The notes beneath the pieces were generated by a model that ran no database searches, had not been told where the DNA came from, and saw only the letters and a list, made by a program, of their open reading frames with translations. Of a stretch of DNA of 37,860 nt, positions 35,946-37,860 are shown one piece after another; the first letter of the stretch is position 1; each line of letters opens with the position of its first letter. The position numbers were made by a program, and so were the translations under genes. This DNA is from a virus (Duplodnaviria; Heunggongvirae; Uroviricota; Caudoviricetes): IMG/VR virus record IMGVR_UViG_2541047762_000007; one strand, given 5' to 3'.

Positions 35946-36625
35946 CAGACCAGGATAAGCACATTGAGAAACTGAAAAAGTTGCTGGCGCTGGCAGCATC
36001 CGGCAACCCGCATGAGGCTGCTCTGGCACTGCGCCGCGCCCGTAAACTGATGGATGTTCACGGCATCACACATTCCGACATCGCCATGAGTGATATTGAT
36101 GAAACCATCAGTCACTACTGGCCGACAGGCAGCCTCCGTCCGCCGCGCTACATGCTGGGCCTGATGAACATCATCCGCGAGGCATTTGGTGTTAACTCCA
36201 TCATTCACCCCGGCACATATCCGGGTGTGGGGTTCTACGGCAACCGGGAACGGGCCGCACTGGCCGCGTACACCTGGGAAGTGCTGGCCCGTCAGCTGAA
36301 AAAGGCGCGTCAGCAGTATATCAGTGCACAGAACAAAAGAATAAAAACCGCCACCCGCACCAGCCGTGGAGACCAGTTTGCTGAAGGCTGGGTGCTGGCC
36401 GTTATCAGTGAAATACAGTCCTTCGCCCTGACCGATGACGAACGTGAACTGATGCAGCAGTGGCTGGAACATAAATACCCGCAGACGCAAACCACCAGGG
36501 CGCGTAAACCGGGAAGAAGTCGCAATGGCGACGCCTCTCGCTATGCGGGGTTTCGAGAAGGGCAGAACGTCAGACTGCACCGACCGGTCAGTGGGCGGGA
36601 ACAGCAGAAACTGGAGGCCAGATGA
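35942..36625 (+). CDS. Hypothetical protein (DUF2786-like N-terminus, from recollection)
   Basis: 227 aa; N-terminal KHIEKLKKLLALAASGNPHEAALALRRARKLM. Confidence 0.5.
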   Translation: MTDQDKHIEKLKKLLALAASGNPHEAALALRRARKLMDVHGITHSDIAMSDIDETISHYWPTGSLRPPRYMLGLMNIIREAFGVNSIIHPGTYPGVGFYGNRERAALAAYTWEVLARQLKKARQQYISAQNKRIKTATRTSRGDQFAEGWVLAVISEIQSFALTDDERELMQQWLEHKYPQTQTTRARKPGRSRNGDASRYAGFREGQNVRLHRPVSGREQQKLEAR

Positions 36626-36852
36626 TTACGTTATCAGGTAACAGCCGGAAATTAAAAGCCTGCCGAATATCTGCCAGATACCTTTTTGCCCGCGCCTTTT
36701 TTAAGAACGTCAGGCCGGGGATCACAATTGGTGTTATTGCCGGACGCGAACAGGTTGAAAAATACATGTCAGGTGCATGGTGGAATAAAGACCCTGTCAT
36801 TGCTGCCCGTAATATTCATATCAGTTGGGGGGATATTCAGAATGATGACTGA
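36622..36852 (+). CDS. Hypothetical small protein
   Basis: 76-aa ORF with ATGA overlap to the upstream gene. Confidence 0.35.
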   Translation: MITLSGNSRKLKACRISARYLFARAFFKNVRPGITIGVIAGREQVEKYMSGAWWNKDPVIAARNIHISWGDIQNDD

Positions 36853-37057
36853 ATCTGTTGTATGTGCCCTGTTCTGGTATTGTTTTGTCGGTTGGTGTAC
36901 TGCTGAACTGCACCGCCGTTCAGGGTTTTATTCACGTTACAGTGGTGCCGGTTACTGGATTAGCTGGTCGGTGATGTTCCTGTGCTGGCCTGTGGTACTT
37001 CCTTTATATGTCGATTATATCGGTGATGCAGGCAGAAGGAGCAACGATGATGACTAA
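36842..37057 (+). CDS. Small membrane protein (two hydrophobic segments)
   Basis: ATG after a G-rich SD; hydrophobic segments VVCALFWYCFVGW and WISWSVMFLCWPVVLPLY. Confidence 0.4.
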   Translation: MMTESVVCALFWYCFVGWCTAELHRRSGFYSRYSGAGYWISWSVMFLCWPVVLPLYVDYIGDAGRRSNDDD

Positions 37058-37499
37058 ACAACGTCTTATCCAGCTCATTCATATTGCCCGTAATGAACTG
37101 GGTATGGATGAAGACACCTACCGCCAGATGTTACAGGGGCTGACCGGTAAAGCCTCAACCAAAGGAATGGATACCACACAACTAAACTGCGTGCTGGAAT
37201 CCATGAAAAGGAAAGGCTTTCGCGTTAGGCCTGCAGGAAAAGCCAGCTCCGGTTTACCGCTGGATAACCATCCGCAGTCCAGGAAAATCCGTGCGCTATG
37301 GCTTGAAATGGCTGCTGCCGGCATTGTTCGTGACCGTTCAGAAAATGCATTAGCGCGGTGGATCAAGCGGGAAACGGGCATCAGCGCCCTGCGCTGGCTC
37401 AATACTGAACAGGCAAGCAGTGTTATTGAGAAACTGAAGAAGTGGCAGCGCAGAGCTGCGGGAGTAAAACATGAGCGACCTGAATCAGTTTCGAAGTAA
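37047..37499 (+). CDS. gemA: GemA-like protein (Mu gp16 family)
   Basis: Start at ATG 37047 after AAGGAG; pattern TKQRLIQLIHIARNELGMDEDTYRQML...TGK.S matches the GemA family; immediately precedes the Mor-like gene as in Mu. Confidence 0.65.
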   Translation: MMTKQRLIQLIHIARNELGMDEDTYRQMLQGLTGKASTKGMDTTQLNCVLESMKRKGFRVRPAGKASSGLPLDNHPQSRKIRALWLEMAAAGIVRDRSENALARWIKRETGISALRWLNTEQASSVIEKLKKWQRRAAGVKHERPESVSK

Positions 37500-37860
37500 A
37501 GGGCCGGAACTCCTGGTGGAACTGGCACAGCATACCTCTGAGACCGTTCGCGAGATTATTGATATTGAGCCCGCAATTGCCGACCAGATTGGTCAGGCCG
37601 TCGCGAACCGCATGATGCAGGTCTGGGGCGGGCAAAACGTTTATTTCCCGATGGGCATGGTATGGAAGGTCAGTCAGCGCGACCGGGAAATCTTCAGGGA
37701 GTTTAACGGACGTAACCACCATGAACTGGCCCGCAAATTTGGTGTTTCGCTTCAGTGGGTCTACAGCGTGGTTAAGCGGGTAAGAAAAGAAGAACTGGAT
37801 CGGATGCAGGGCAAGCTATTTGCTGATGAACCCGATGTAGATACGGAGAAAAAAGAGTAA
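37471..37860 (+). CDS. mor: Mor/C-family transcriptional activator (likely Mor)
   Basis: C-terminal pattern VYFPMG..W..SQRDREIFREFNGRNHHELARKFGVS..WVYSVVKR matches the Mu Mor/C family. Stop codon is at the last three bases of the window. Confidence 0.8.
   Translation: MSDLNQFRSKGPELLVELAQHTSETVREIIDIEPAIADQIGQAVANRMMQVWGGQNVYFPMGMVWKVSQRDREIFREFNGRNHHELARKFGVSLQWVYSVVKRVRKEELDRMQGKLFADEPDVDTEKKE

Larger units (their letters stand above)
957..37860. mobile_element. Mu-like transposable prophage (partial; continues past window end)
   Basis: Co-occurrence of Mu Gam, GemA, Mor, DDE transposase plus MuB-like AAA+ ATPase, Mu-type head genes (F, G, I, T), contractile-tail genes, Gin invertase and an invertible fibre segment. 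Terminal sequence at 957 resembles the Mu R-end. Confidence 0.9.

Noticed and set aside
35261-36580. 439-aa minus-strand ORF across the early operon
   Set aside because: It overlaps four coupled plus-strand genes and gives a Cys/Phe/Val-rich low-complexity translation; judged a spurious antisense frame.
1-37860. CRISPR array, tRNA or rRNA genes
   Set aside because: The only regular repeats are in-frame coding tandem repeats (tail fibre, tape measure) and the inversion repeats; no spacer-repeat structure or cloverleaf-like tRNA candidate was recognised by eye, though a tRNA scan was not run.

Overview
The window is almost entirely a Mu-like transposable prophage, running from about position 957 to beyond the right edge (37860). 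To its left is a host PAS-GGDEF diguanylate cyclase gene (1..933, minus) that the prophage end abuts or interrupts. All calls rest on reading the supplied ORF translations and the raw sequence; no database search was run. Reading left to right: a putative Mu-type terminal end (957..~1034), a Gin/Pin-family invertase, an invertible tail-fibre segment, then a long minus-strand late operon (tail fibre, baseplate, tape measure, tube, sheath, capsid, protease/scaffold, portal, terminase, lysis cassette). An AT-rich accessory/immunity island follows (26.5-29.2 kb) with an XRE-type repressor, and then a plus-strand early operon (Ner/Cro-like, DDE transposase, MuB-like ATPase, Gam, GemA, Mor). Early and late operons diverge from the immunity region, unlike canonical Mu. 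The best candidates for something new are the accessory genes between the lysis cassette and the repressor (a small P-loop protein, a glycine-zipper membrane protein, and a 328-aa membrane protein co-transcribed with the repressor) and an AT-rich antisense moron inside the baseplate cluster. No rRNA, tRNA or CRISPR array was recognised.
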